A stretch of DNA of 57,558 nucleotides, filler included, from Dugesia japonica (taxonomy: Eukaryota): assembly GCA_001938525.1 (NCBI GenBank). It is 6 parts of 6 records of this genome, joined end to end, with 100 filler letters (N's around TTAATTAATTAA, not from the genome) between each part and the next. Parts side by side here need not be neighbours in the genome. Positions count along the whole stretch, not along the records: positions 8,980 to 21,340 come from MQRL01484053.1; positions 21,441 to 31,062 come from MQRL01589533.1; 4 more parts are not named here. One strand, written 5' to 3'. A program made the translations under genes and the position numbers. This document shows, one piece after another, positions 11,901 through 25,783 of the stretch; the first letter of the stretch is position 1, and every line of letters starts with the position of its first letter. The notes beneath the pieces are model-generated. The model did no database searches and had not been told where the DNA came from. It saw only the letters and a program-made list of their open reading frames with translations.

Positions 11901-12660
11901 TTTCTACTACCTCGGCATCCTTTCTTGAGACAATTTGGTATTCGGTGACCCATTTTTTTACAATAGCAATTTATGAGTGCCGGGTTTGGAGACCCTTCCA
12001 TTTTATGTCCATTGCGCCCGCATTTTTCACATTTCTTCTTCTTTGATAAGCATTCTGTCATCGTATGTCCTTTATTGTGACATTTCTTGCAGCACATGGA
12101 TACATAATTATATCCTAGGATCTTTTACTCTTCCTCTCGATGTATTGTAATGACTTCGGTAATCGATTTGAGTTCTTTTAGTGTAACTATGTATTATATT
12201 TCTTTACTTTTGATTCCTTTAATGTAGATTCCGACACACTGATCGATGGTTTCATTTGGTCTAGGTACCTTAAACAATCGTTGTCTAAATCTGAGATGAC
12301 TCTATCACCGGTTGTTGACATTGTGAGAGTTCCTTTGATGCTTGTAGGAAGTCTCTTTGTTCTTCAAAACTTTGTCTTAGAAGTAGGTCTATTTCCTTCC
12401 ATGACTTGAATGGTTCATCAGTTTCTTGACTATGTTGTCGATAAACTTTTAAAGTATTCTTTCTCAGGTATAATGCTACCAAGTTGATTTTGTCTTTTAC
12501 ACTATAACCATAAAAATTTGCGTGATGTTCGTAGCTTCATAAGAATTCGTCCACATAGTCGGGGTTTCTGTCAAAGGGTTTACACCGGTATCTCTCCACA
12601 AGCTTTTGATTCAATGACTGGTTATCATTGTTCATCTATAATGACAATTATTAAAATTGT
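8980..12660 (-). mobile_element. Degenerate Gypsy-like gag-protease region with duplicated Gag and multiple zinc knuckles
   Basis: Gag-like segments (KSWKEIDLLLRQSF..; RKQEKNETFQEFAAAIKDLGRLAG..), CCHC knuckles (CKKCHNKGHTMTEC, CYNCNKQGHQAKDC, CYICEKRGHIARLC, CHSCGEKGH) and aspartic protease LLDTGASRSV at ~10480-10505; no RT within the contig. Confidence 0.8.
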
Positions 12661-13069
12661 ATACCTAGATAGTGCCTATTTGTTGCAACGATTTCCGACT
12701 TGAATGTTCTTGCTCCGTTGAATTCTCTGTACCTGTAACAACATTTTTTATTCATCCCCGACCATAGGATTTTACTCTCGTATTTATCTTTGTACCCACT
12801 TTATTTTAATTTCAGTTTGTATGTTATTTTAGCCATGCCTTGGTGATAATTTCCTCGTTCATTCCCCACCCGGGCTTGTTCAAATTCGACGTCCACGTCG
12901 AAACCCTTGAATGTTATTAATTGCATTTTATCTTTGAATAGCTATGCACGGAATCAACTATGAAAATCCCCTTTTTATGAGAACAGTTAGGCTTGAAATT
13001 CTTTTAATGTTGAATAATTATGCGTGAAAACCCCCTTTTTTTGAAGAACGTTTAAGCGTGGAATACTTT

Positions 13070-13430
13070 TAAATATTAACCATTAAAATTAACGATGAGA
13101 CCATCATTTTTATAAGAACAATTAAACTTAAATCCTTTTTTATATTTGAACAATTATGCATGAAATTAACTATAATTAATCTTGAAATCCTCTTTCGTAT
13201 CCGTACAATTAACTATGATAATTAAATTTGAAATCTTTTCATGTCTAAACAATTAGCTATAATAATTAATGTTGAAATCATTTCATAACTGAACAATTAA
13301 CTATGACAATTAAACTTAAAATCTTTTCATATCTGAACAATTATCTTTGATAATTAGCCTTGAAATCTTTTTTCTTATCTGAAAATCATACTGCGTTATC
13401 AAAATTTAACACTGTGAAATCCTTTTATCA
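13070..13430. repeat. ~40-bp tandem repeat upstream of the Gypsy-like gag (putative 5' leader)
   Basis: Repeated tgaacaattaactatgataattaa(a/t)cttgaaatcttttcatatc. Confidence 0.8.
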
Positions 13431-13975
13431 TTCGAATCTATTATAATACACGTTTGAATTAACTTAAGAACACTTCAATATATGAATCCTATTATGCGCA
13501 AGTATGTTAGGACAAACCAACGAAAAATTTGTCATGAGATTAGGTTAGGTGCTTCTAACAGGTTACCAATGCGAATTGCTTTTGCGTGACGATGAGCTTC
13601 CGGTAATTACAATCAAGTAAATACCGTTTCTGGTGATGAGGTAATTGAGACAGCCAGTATCTCCCGCTACGTGACATGCATGAGAGTAGATCATACCGAT
13701 CGTGGCTTTTAATATTTGCACAGCACTCCTTGACTGTAGGTGCTCTGGTATCCTAGTATATCTCGGTTCAGTATATCCCCATTTCTGGTTTACATATACC
13801 TTGCTCAAGACGAGAAGAGCGTTATCTTAACGAACGAGACTGGTTTTCCTGGTCCAGTCGTTTTCCTTATTTTATAACAATCACCACCGCCTGAGTAGTT
13901 TTGTTGCGGACAAGTGAGCCGATTGTATCTCAGATGTCTGGTTGATTAGACCAATTCACAACCACTAATCTAGTT

Positions 13976-14012
13976 GATAGTATGATAGTATGATAGTATG
14001 ATAGTATGATAG
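13976..14012. repeat. (GATAGTAT)n short tandem repeat
   Basis: About 4.5 perfect 8-bp units. Confidence 0.9.
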
Positions 14013-16367
14013 TTGGGGCACTTTATTGTAGTAAGTCTTTCTGTGGGTTAAGTTAATTTATATTCTTAATTTTTCCACTTTCTTATTTTACTCGATATTT
14101 ACAGTTTACATTTTGTTTAACCCTACTAATTATAGTTACGTGCCTCCATATTATTTAATACGCAACATTCTTATTAATTGTTATTGAGAAATAAAATTTA
14201 AAAAAAATTATTTTACTACGCTAAATATTTTAAGATTTCCAAGATAAATTCGCTTCAAACTCAAAGTAAACCAAAAAATTTATTTGACATTTTAAATTGC
14301 TTTTTCATAGTATCTAGTATGAGATAAATGTGTTCCAAGTATATAATTGGAGAATTAACAGTTAGTTTTGAATATTTGTGAATGTTATTATCATTCTTTT
14401 CCTAGATACAAATATAAGCAGAGGTACCCTAGGTGATGCTACGGGATGCATATTTTGAAGAGTCAAATTTTGATGAAAAATAAAAAAAGTTTTTTTCAAG
14501 AATCGAAGAGATAAAAGTGTTTGGATTTTATTTTTCATAATTAGATAATCTTATTCTTACATTCCGATAATTAGATAAACTAATATAATTTTTTTTTCAG
14601 TTCTGATAATCGAAAATATTTAAAATTTTATATATATTAGTCAAAGGATATTGATAATTTTGACAAAGTTATTTATAAGTTCGAATATTTAAACTTTAAT
14701 ATTTAAGGTTTCTCAATGAATTATAATTTTAATTAAAAGTTGGTTTCGTAATTAATCTTTAACGAGGATTGGATTAAAATATGAAAAAGTTGCATTGCTA
14801 TATTGTAGAATTACTAAAACCGAAATTGTGCCTGATGTAATTTAAAACCCAAACAAAAATAGTTTTTTTTGTATAAATCTTAGATTAAATACTTTATATT
14901 TATCCCCAATATATATTTATCCAATAATTAAATTCCTCGAATGAATAGTTTGAATTTAACTGATATAACTAAGTAGTAGTGATAACGTTGTTTATTGTTT
15001 TTTTTAATAAGCAACTGAATAAATGCTACATTTGAAATTTGGTTATTCGAACAATATTACACACTTCTAAGTAATAATATTATTAAGTTATTAATATGTG
15101 GCTACAAAAAATCGTAAATCAACTCAAAGAATAGTATATATTATTAATTAAAGGAATATTAACCGATAAATCTCGTTTCGTTTATCTATACTACTCTTGA
15201 TAGATCATCGACCACTCATCATCTTGGATGGAGATGGAAGTCCTTTATGAAGTTCATTAAATACTNNNNNNNNNNNNNNNNNNNNATTATCCACATCACT
15301 ATACATAATATTTCATGGTGACCCTATTGTAATCAATCGAGAATTATCAGGAATCCAACTCCCTCCGGATTATGAATGGTCCTTCTATCTCTTAGAGCAT
15401 CATTATGGTAATATCACAAGGTGTATTTTTGTATCTCGAAAAATCTTTAAGGTTTAAATACTGAAATTATAGCTAAGATATTAATATTAATCAATTAACA
15501 GAAATCCAAATAAATGTTTATAATACAATATAAAATTAATGAATAATAAACACATAGTTGCAAGTTTGATATTTTCACATACACTGAACAATCGTTTATT
15601 TCAGTCTTATTGTCATATAATAACGAGAAAGATCCAACCACCCACCTCCAAAATCAGGTTAATCACGTTTAATAGAAAAGTAAGTTTCTAACGACGAGTA
15701 TCTCATTCTATCACTACAATCAATTCGCCGTTTATTATCTAGTAATTATTGTTCGTTCTAATCATCATAGTGTAACATCTCAGCTCTTTCATTTATCAAG
15801 ACAGGAAATTGTCATTTCTTCCGTGTTACCCTGCGTTAATATTTATCATTTCGCGACACTTTGATTTCTTTCTACACATTGTAAATTCGTTATTTATGAG
15901 TGGAAGATCTCGCGAGCAAGTAGCTGATAAAATGGACCGTTAGAGATAGCAGAACTACCCCTGACGATCCCTCCTTCAGTGTCTTCCAAAAAATAAAAAA
16001 CATTTAACAATTTAAAATATGATAACATAAAAATAGAAGGAATCCTTTCTTCTTTTCCCGATAGTTGTTCTGATTTAATTAAACAGTTAGTAAATAGGGA
16101 ATGAAGTATCTAGATCAGGGGGTGGAAAAAAAGAAAAAAAAATTTCCAATTTTTTATTTTTTAATCCTATTTTAGATAAAAAATGAAAAATTTTCCATTT
16201 TAAATGAAGCATAAAAAATGAAAAATTTTCAATTTTAAATGAAGCATAAAAAATGAAAAATTTTCGATTTTAAATCGGTCATGAAAAATAAAAAATCGGG
16301 TATAAAAAATGAAAAATAAAAAATCCTCTTAAAGAGGATACCCACCCCCAACGAAAAAAAATATAAT

Positions 16368-19300
16368 ATGATTAAATTATTAATTTATAAAATGGCACCA
16401 ACAAACAACACTTGTTTAAAATGCGGAAGAAGTTTTTCAAATCGAATGGCTTTAATATCACACATGAAAAAATGTAATAGAGACCCGAATATAAATTACC
16501 CATGTGGGGTATGTAATAAAATAATTAAAACTCCTGAGGTATTAAGATCTCATATTAAAGCATCAAGATGTAGAAACCCTCAAGATGTGAATTTACATTG
16601 TGAGATTTGCAATCAAACATTTTAAAAACAATCTTTAGCAAAAACACATTATAGTAGTGCGGCTCATATAGAGTGTGCAGATTCAAATTCAGAATTTATT
16701 ATTTCAAGAATGTTTAATGAGCTTCCAGGTGATGATACAATTGTTTATATGAATCGAAAAATTAATAGATTATTTAAAGTTAAATATCCAGAATATAAAA
16801 TTAAACATTATAAAAATAGTAGAATTAAAATGAGGCGGGATATTTCTCATTTTGAAGAAGATAAAATTTATCATTATAAAGAAGAAATAATAGAAATTAC
16901 AAAAATATTTTTAGAATATGGAAAGAGGATAAAGTTTAGATTAACAGCTAAAGGTAAATATTTAAAAATTGTAAATGGCGATCTTGAAGAAAGAATTTTT
17001 AAATCTTATGCGCCAGTTGAAAAAAAAGTATTAGAAAGAAAAATTAAAAATATTGTTTTAGAACAATTACTTCATCTTGAGAGGCATTTAGAAGATAAAT
17101 ATATAGAAGGAAGTAATGGGAAGTTACATCACATAATTAGTTATACAATTAAATTAGAAGTGTACAAATCTACAGCAGGTGGTTCTTCATATCGAAAGTT
17201 ACCATTTAAAAAAAGTGGGGTTATTAATATAAAAAATGATGATGATAAATGTTTTCTATGCGCAATTTTAGAACACAAGCATGCTTTAGAAAATCCAAGA
17301 CAATCTGGATATCAAGAATTTCTTAGTGAGTTAAATTATGAAGTGTTTGACTTTCCAATGAAAGTGGATGATATAAAACAATTTGAAACAAAAATAATTG
17401 GAAAATTAATGTTTTTGAAATTGAAAGTGAAAAATCTCTTATTTCAATTTATACACCACACTTTTCATGTAAAACAGGTCGGGAAGAAAATAAATGTAAT
17501 TTATTACTTATTCAAGGACACTATGTACTTTGTAGAGATTTAAATAGTTACATGAGTGATAACAATAAAAATAATGTATGCATTGATTGTATGAATGTGT
17601 ATCGTAGTAAAGATTTATTTGAAAAACATCAAGATGAATGTGTTCGTCACAAGCCAATAAAGACGGGATTTTGCAAAGAAGAATTCTCTTATTTTAAAAA
17701 TCATCATTTCAAGAATAAAGTCCCCTTTAAAGCTTATGGCAATTGGAAAATTACACTTGCACTATAGATAAAAAACAAAAACCATTAAGCTTAATGTTGA
17801 TGTTTGTAAGTTTACATAATAAATAATTCCCACACATAAAAAGATTTTCACAGGTGAAAATCTTATAGATAATTTTATAAAATATTTAGAATTCTTAAAT
17901 AAAAAAAAATCATATTATGGATAATCCCGCAAGGGAAAAAAATGTTCCATATGTAGTACAAAATAAATGTAGGTATTGAAATAAATATTTAGATAAAGAT
18001 CGGGGAAATAATTTTAATAAAATAACTTGAGAATTCCGTGGACACGCACACGAACGTTGTATTAAAAAAGCATCTAAAAAAATATTTCTTCCATTCTACT
18101 TTCACAATGGCTCTGGTTATGACAATCATCTTTTCTTTAGAGAACGTTTAGAAAAACATCCAAAGGATATCACAAATATAATTCCAAATTCAGATGAGGT
18201 AAATATTTAATTTGAATTTAAAAATATTAGATTCCTTGACTCTAATAGAATGTGTAGCAACACGGGGATAGAAAAAGTGGGGGTGGTGTTAAATAAAACA
18301 TGCAAATGTCCATTTTTAAAAGCCTTCGATTTAAAACCGAAAAAATCATTTTCCCATATGAATATGTAAAAGGAAAGAATTTGGAAGAAGTAGTAAAATT
18401 ATTAAAATCGGATAGAATTCCGATAATGAAAGAATTTTACAATACATTAAAACAGAAAGAAATAACGGAATAGGAGTATAAAGAATTTCTTGAAGATCTT
18501 AGTCATTTTGAAAATATGTGGAAATACATGTTTCACTACTTGAAACTCGACGTTTTAATTTTAAAAGATTTTTTTGAAAATTTTAGAAATGTTAGTTTAG
18601 AATATTATGAAATCGATCCATGCTATTGCTACTCAGCTCCAGGACTTACATGAGCCGTTGGGTTGAAATTTACAAGAGTAAAAATTAACATATGCAAAAC
18701 CGCAAACATACTCAATATTTTTAAAAACAGAACGAGGAACTAGAGGAACTAGAATTTATAGAATGTGAGGATTTAGTATATGAAAAAGCAACAGATGATT
18801 ACAATTTCATTTATGAGGTTGATTTAGATTATCCACCAGAGATTCATGAGAAAACGAGATATTATCCATTAGCCCCAGAGAAAATGAATATAACACTGGA
18901 TATGTTAACCCCATATCAAAGAAAATTTGATAAAAAAACATTCGAAAAATAATGTTAAATTAATACTTAACCAATTCAATAAAAAAACTAAATTGTATTA
19001 GGAAGCACATTAGATTTTTATTTAGAACTTGGCATGAGGTTAAAAAAGTTCATTACAAGTTTAAAATGCCAACAAGCCCATGGTTTAGAGAGTATATTCT
19101 CTTTAATGTTGAGAAGAGAAATGAAGCAAAAAGAAATGGTGATGAATTTGGTGATTATTTATTTAAGCTTTTGAATAATTCATTTTATGGAAAGACCCTT
19201 GAAGATGTAATGTAAAAGTCGTTGGATGTGATGAAGATTTTCAAAGATTAGCATCAAAATCAACATATAAATATTCAAAAACACTTTCTCCAAACCTCGC

Positions 19301-19934
19301 CGCAATGCACATGCAAAAAACCAATCTTAAATATAACAAATTTCCGTTCATAGGGTTTACAATTTTAGAATACGCAAAAGAAGTAATGTATGATTTTGTA
19401 TATCGGTCAATGGCCCCAATAATTGGAACTGAAAATTACAAGATTCATTATTCCGACACACATTCCTTGTTTGTGTAAGTCAAGCGGCAAGAAAATTTTT
19501 ACAAGTTGAAAACACTTTTAGGAAATGATCTCTTTCAAATGAAAGATGAATTACCTAATAGTATAATTACAGAGGCTTGTTTTATAAAATCAAAGGGTTA
19601 TGCATATAAATATGTAAATGAAGATGGAAATATAGATTTTAATGCAAAACTCAAGGGAATAGCTAAGGGAAATAATATACAAATGGCAGCTTATAATAAA
19701 ATTTTAGAAGATGCTAGAGAAGTGATTTCTGGAGTAAACTATCGTTTAAAATCTCACAAACATCAAATAGAATTAACTTCTCAATGTAAAATAGCTTTAA
19801 CTGCATATAATGATAAGCATTTACTAGAAGATAATGAAACTATAGAATAGCCACACGGTAATCAACTTAACTGTAAAAGATGTGAAACGTGGCATTTTAG
19901 ATTAGATCTTTTATGGGATCGTTTAGATTGTTAA
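16368..19934 (+). pseudogene. Maverick/Polinton protein-primed family B DNA polymerase with N-terminal C2H2 fingers; frameshifted
   Basis: Intronless; three C2H2-like fingers, GSSY..LP..VINIKNDDDKCF, RGHAHERC, FHNGSGYDNH (exonuclease), RFLDS, YLKLDV, DPCYCYSAPG, YEVDLDYP..YPLAPE, KLLNNSFYGK (motif B), YSDTHSL (degenerate DTDS), K.Y and KLKGI; many stops and frameshifts. Confidence 0.92.
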
Positions 19935-20013
19935 ACTTTTAAAATTTTAATTAAATTTTGGTAATCTGGATTTTGATCTTTAAACTTTAAAATTATTTCT
20001 TGAACTTCACGAA

Positions 20014-20499
20014 TCATGGTTTACTTGTAGAAATTTCTTCATCTGTTAAAATATTATCATTCAAAGCCTTTTGCTGAAATAGGAAAAGTTTATTTTTCAC
20101 TGCCTCTAATTTTACAATTAAATTACCATACTTCTTTTTCTTCTTTTGAATTAGAGATGAATTCAGTGCACCAGTAATTGGAATTGAAGATCCTATTCCA
20201 GTTATTATAGGAAGACCAATTGTAGTAATTCCAAGACCAAGAGGAGTTGCAAAAATTACACCAACAATAGCTACGCCGGTTCCAATTAAAAATTGAGCAA
20301 TTTTTATTTCATCATCGGCAGCAGACCATTTACTATAAAATTTTCGATAGTGTTTTATTTTATCATTTATAAAATATAAGTCATTTTCAAAATCTTTAAT
20401 TCTTAGAGATGACAATTTTGATTTTAGATCTTCAAGTGTATAATTATTTATTTCCTCACGATAATTTTTTAAATCTGGATACAAGGATTCTTCTGCCAT
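20014..20499 (-). CDS. Maverick-associated small membrane protein (161 aa)
   Basis: Intact intronless ORF convergent on pPolB; LYPDL N-terminus, charged helix, Gly-rich hydrophobic segment and KKKKKY; this architecture is common among invertebrate Maverick accessory ORFs. Confidence 0.6.
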   Translation of the reverse strand: MAEESLYPDLKNYREEINNYTLEDLKSKLSSLRIKDFENDLYFINDKIKHYRKFYSKWSAADDEIKIAQFLIGTGVAIVGVIFATPLGLGITTIGLPIITGIGSSIPITGALNSSLIQKKKKKYGNLIVKLEAVKNKLFLFQQKALNDNILTDEEISTSKP

Positions 20500-23058
20500 T
20501 TTTACAAGGGAAAGTTTTTATAGTTCATTTAATATTTTTTCCCTTTCATTTTTAGCACAAGCATGAAGAACAATAAGGTTATTAATATAAATATTTTCCG
20601 GTAAAATTAAATGAAATTTTTTTATTTTCACACTCGCCACCATATTAATTAGATGTTCATTTATTACACCCCCACTAGTAGCATCATAACAAGTTCTACC
20701 ACTCTTTAAATTTAAGATGTTTATTTCTAATTTAAATTTTCCAAGTTTTTCAAATATAAAATCTAAAACCTCATCAAAATCAATAAAATTAATAGTAATA
20801 CTAATTTTAGGTATTTTCGTATATCCACCAATAAAAATACATAACTGGCCAACAGCCGACCCACACGTAAAATAAAGTTACCGCAAGAAAAAAAAAGTTT
20901 TTCATTAAGATATTCCCAACGACCGCTGATTATTACTTTTTCAAAGGTTGTGTAACGACCATACTCGGAATAATAAGGAAATCTAATTTCATTTTTAAGT
21001 AAAAAAACATTTTAAAAAACACAAAGACGCTTAAAGTAATTTCAAAAAAATTTACTTCAGTAATACCCAACCATGGTAAATAATTATTTATTAATTCTTT
21101 TATTTTTTCTAGCGTCTCTGGAGATTTAGATGTTTTAAATATTTTTAAATTTTCATTAATTTTATTTTTATGTTTTTCACTTAGAATATTTTTAATCTTT
21201 TCTAATTCCTCTACTAAAGGAAATAAAGTATCATTTTGTTTTAAAAATATAATATTTAATAAATATTTTAAAATATAATTCTTGGATTGTGTTTTAGTTT
21301 CGACTTTTTAATTATATTTTGCATGATTTGGCTACATTTCNNNNNNNNNNNNNNNNNNNNNNNNNNNNNNNNNNNNNNNNNNNNTTAATTAATTAANNNN
21401 NNNNNNNNNNNNNNNNNNNNNNNNNNNNNNNNNNNNNNNNCTCGAGTGATTGTTAGTTCATTATTATTTACATAAAGTAAGTTTCTTTGACAGTCTTCAA
21501 ATTTCGAATCATTAGAATTTAAGGAGAATCGCTGTTATAGACGCTAAGAAAGCTGAGATATTCCAAGTATACAATATAAAATAATGAAGTTATGTAATAA
21601 TATGTATTAATATTATTTCTAAATTGGTTTTTTAATGAAGCATAAACAGTCTCTTAATGTGACAGATAAAATCAAATAAAATACTTAACTTTTGGAATCA
21701 GAACATTTCATGAAAATAAAGATGAAAATATTAATAAAAATCTTTTTTTTTAAGCAAATAAGTATTAATATTAATTAAGAATAATTTATACGCCATTTAT
21801 TTCTATAACTATCGAAACAATAACGCTTTGAACTTTACTACTTTGCACTATGGATATTTTATTTAAATAAAGCGGCCAAAAATCAAAATTGATAAAACAT
21901 AAATATAATATTATCAACACAATTTCGTGAAAATGTTACTAAATATTCGACATCTANNNNNNNNNNNNNNNNNNNNNNNNNNNNNNNNNNNNNNNNNNGT
22001 ATGGTAAAATTTATTAAAAGAAATTACATTATTTGGAAGCTATTCGCTCTTCTAAATTTTTCTATAATTAATAGGACTTTGTAGATACATCGCAGAAAGA
22101 TAATTAAAACTTTTGTTCGAACCAATAAGGCTAAATGAGCTAGTTGTTTTTGGTACAAATTTATCGATATTAAGACAGCCTTATTTAAGCCGGAACCTAT
22201 TAGAACCTACAACTTTCAGCTTCNNNNNNNNNNNNNNNNNNNNNNNNNNNNNNNNNNNNNNNNNNNNNNNNNNNNNNNNNNNNNNNNNNNNNNNNNNNNN
22301 NNNNNNNNNNNNNNNNNNNNNNNNNNNNNNNNNNNNNNNNNNNNNNNNNNNNNNNNNNNNNNNNNNNNNNNNNNNNNNNNNNNNNNNNNNNNNNNNNNNN
22401 NNNNNNNNNNNNNNNNNNNNNNTTTTTTTTTTAATCCCAATAATACCTTAAAGTGAATAAAATTCCGATTGCATGTTTTGAATTAAGGTTCTTAAGTTGT
22501 TTCACAAGATCATTTAAAAGAATTTTTGACTGAATTAACAAATACTTATTAATAATAAAATATTTTATTATTTTTTAACGCATTTTCAAAAATTTGAAAA
22601 GTGTAATACTCACTCCAGTTTTCTGTTTTTATTCTGTTTTATTTTTCTCTCTTTCTCATAAAGCGCTGTTTTATTTCTTGAAATTAAATAAAACGTGTCA
22701 ATTGAATTGTATACCTAATAGGACTATTATATTTTTAATTTGAAAATGTGTTTATGTAAACTACGAGTAATGGCTTCTTTCACTTGTTATTTTCATTTTC
22801 TCGAAGGAAAAATGCTAGAACTTAAATTTTAACTTGGACGTGAATTATAAAATTTAGTACATTTCTTAAGCTTAAAATATTTTGGTAAATTTTTAATTTT
22901 CTTTGATTTAATACAAAACTAACTGTACATTTTCTTTAAAATTAAAATCACAGATTTATGATTTTTGACCGAAAAAATTAATTTTTATCCCACAGTGCTA
23001 CGTCTTGAAATGTTTTCATTACATTTTATTATATTTAAATAATAAATCCTTTTCCTAA

Positions 23059-24702
23059 CTCTAATCGTACCATGTGTTTTTATAACTAATCATACTACGA
23101 TGTGACTCCAAGTCACTTATGAGTAACGTGGGAATAATTAAAATGTTAATGTTTATAGTTTAAATTCATTTATTTGTCCAAACTAGCTATATACAAACAT
23201 AAAATAATATACACAGGCCATATATTTTTTGATTTCGAATTACAAAAAATACATTCAAAAGATAAGAAACAATTTATTTTTGGATACAATTTTGGTGCAT
23301 GACCGTCTTTGCCGAGAATATATTTTCATATATTTTTTTGCATAAGTTTCAACCCTGCTTTGACACCCTGCATTTGGGCACATGTAACAGCAACGCCGAA
23401 TGTCGGTCTAAGTTGATGTATCTAGGTGGTGTTCAACTTCCATGCTGGTGGATGCTTGGTCAAACATTTCATTTATGCACGCAACAGCAGACTTATTCAA
23501 GTTTCGAGTACTGCGACTCTCTCTGTGTGTGGTACTACCATGTCCTGAACCAAACTTTTAAGGAACAAGTTGTGTCGCAGTTTTGATTTCGAACGATTCC
23601 GATTCGGATAAATATTTAGCCAAATGATTTTCGCTGCTATTGCACACAAGTCAACTAAATTANAAAATAGAACAATTGGCCACATATTAGTTTTAGGTTT
23701 TACAGAAAATGAATGCGCCATTTGATCCAAAATGTAAACTTTTGAAAATATCATCCTTTTGTTGAGTTAAAAAATATATTTATTTAAGATTTGTTTTTGT
23801 TATTTGCATAATTTTTTGCATCGTGGTGTAATGTTGATAATAAAAGCAGTCTTATTTTTTGGTACATAGCTTACTAGGGTAATATTTTTTCTGAAGCCAA
23901 ATATGTTGCTTTTCACTTCTCGCTGTCTCTAAGGTAAAAATACGGGCGGAATGTATCTCTTATTTTTCCGTATAGTTCTAACGCACATCAACCCCACTTT
24001 CAATAAATTTTGGGCAAGTTCGTAAAGAACTCGTAAAGAACTTGTCAAATGAGATACTGTGCTGCAATTGTATGCACAGTTCCCAAACGCAACTCTGTCC
24101 CAAGTTTTGTCCTCAATTGGGTTCTTNCTGTCCAAGATACGAAATTGTTTTCAATGAATAGCCATTGATGCTGTCGGATATCCAAAAATTTTAATCTAAT
24201 ACCTGTCCGGTTTTGATGGTATATTGTAAAAATGATATTTCACATTTATTAACACAACGAATATCAACAGAACACAATCTTCTCACGTATTGAACTAATT
24301 GAATATATCTTTTGCTTTTGTGTTCTCATACACCCACATCACCTATTTGACAGTGTCTATATGAAACAATATGAAACAATACTTTCTGCTGCTCTGGCAA
24401 ATACTATAATAAGTCTCACATGATTAGATGCAAGTTAAAACATATCTTAACAAGTATGGTTTGCATAAATGTTTATTTATAATGTATATATTCCACAAAT
24501 TAACGTAATAATAAACATTTTGTGAAAAAGGTTAATTTTCATATTATCACTAACTCCAAATTTAGAAATATTTATTTTTCAGTGTTAATTGTTAATTTAA
24601 ACTAAAAACCCGAAAAACTTTGGAAATGCAATACGAAATAATCAAAAAATTTAAATTCAAAATTCAAAAGTGACTCAGATTCGTATCATGGTACGAATAG
24701 GA
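23059..24702 (-). mobile_element. Degenerate piggyBac element (PGBD4-like transposase remnant)
   Basis: Imperfect TIRs (ctaa)CTCTAATCGTACCATG and CATGGTACGAATAGGA(ttaa); remnants PSKPDRY*IK, TIRKNKRYIP, TLVSYVPK, DQM..FS...T..WP..LF.NLVD and a C-terminal Cys-rich region. Confidence 0.88.
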
Positions 24703-25338
24703 TTAAAGAAATATTTAAACATAATCAAATCAATTACTTTTTTTCTTGTAGAAAAATCGGCTTGTAATTGTAATCTGGAAAAGTATATGTCATTTCTTGC
24801 TGTATACAATCCTCGTAAATCTATCAAAATATAGTCTTAATTTTTCATAATAAAATCTATAAAAAAAACTTCAATATTACATGGTCTATAATTAAAAATA
24901 AAGCAGTAATAAATAGTGACGACTTTTTCAAATTATAAAAAGAATTCAAAATTCTATGTACAAAATAAAATTTTGTTTTATACAACACTAAGATAATCAG
25001 TGTGAACTCGAGTTCGAAATAATCAAGTCAGTGAAAATTATCATGTATTTTAAAGACTAAAATAATTCTTTAAAATCAATCGAGATAACAATAATTTCAA
25101 CACAAGAAATCAAAACAATTGAAAATTGAAAAAATAATTGTATTGTAAAAATGTTTTACATTCTCTAGAACAGTGTTGTCCAACCAGTGACCTGTGGGAC
25201 ACTTGTGGCCCACTGAGGCATTCCTGTGACTAGCCAAAACTAATGAAAATCCTCGTTGATTAGTTTTTACTTCCTTATTACCACACGCATAAAACACAGA
25301 GTAAGACACTAAGACCTAATCTTGTAAATTTGACATAC

Positions 25339-25416
25339 TTATAAAAAATAGGTTGGCAACAATTTCACATAGTCTCTTTGTTCTAAAGGAGGAATTTGGG
25401 CCCATTCACAGCCCAA
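25339..25416 (-). CDS. Probable terminal exon of the SAPS/PP6R gene
   Basis: tttttaag| phase-0 acceptor; LGCEWAQIPPLEQRDYVKLLPTYFL* in frame with the previous exon; no homology support. Confidence 0.5.
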   Translation of the reverse strand: MGCEWAQIPPLEQRDYVKLLPTYFL

Positions 25417-25783
25417 CTTAAAAATAATTAGATAAACTTGTCAGTCATAATCATGCCACAACAGGGTGATATATATATATATATATATATCATTTTGAGT
25501 GTCCCTTCGACGATCTAATGATGAAACTCTTCTGAGGCATAAAATTTTAAGAGAATTTGAAAGGACTTAACCGAAAACACCTGAACACGATACACATCAA
25601 ATACGAAGTGGTGGACTCCTTGCACTGGAAATGCGTAACAATATCACTAACCAAACACCAGCCAGGCTCAGTCGACACTGCTCACGTTTTAAATACTAAC
25701 GAGNNNNNNNNNNNNNNNNNNNNNNNNNNNNNNNNNNNNNNNNNNNNNNNNNNNNNNNNNNNNNNNNNNNNNNNNNNNNNNNN

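Noticed and set aside
13550-13572. Possible LTR end and PBS (CA-T-TGGTAACC on the minus strand) for the Gypsy-like element
   Set aside because: Position is plausible, but the match to a tRNA 3' end is short and no second LTR is present to confirm it
14100-16000. Mixed-composition region with short GC-richer patches
   Set aside because: No recognisable motif, consistent exon chain or element ends; probably old repeat debris
25495-25545. Hammerhead-like CTAATGATGAAAC
   Set aside because: Core is not CTGATGA and the required stems could not be formed
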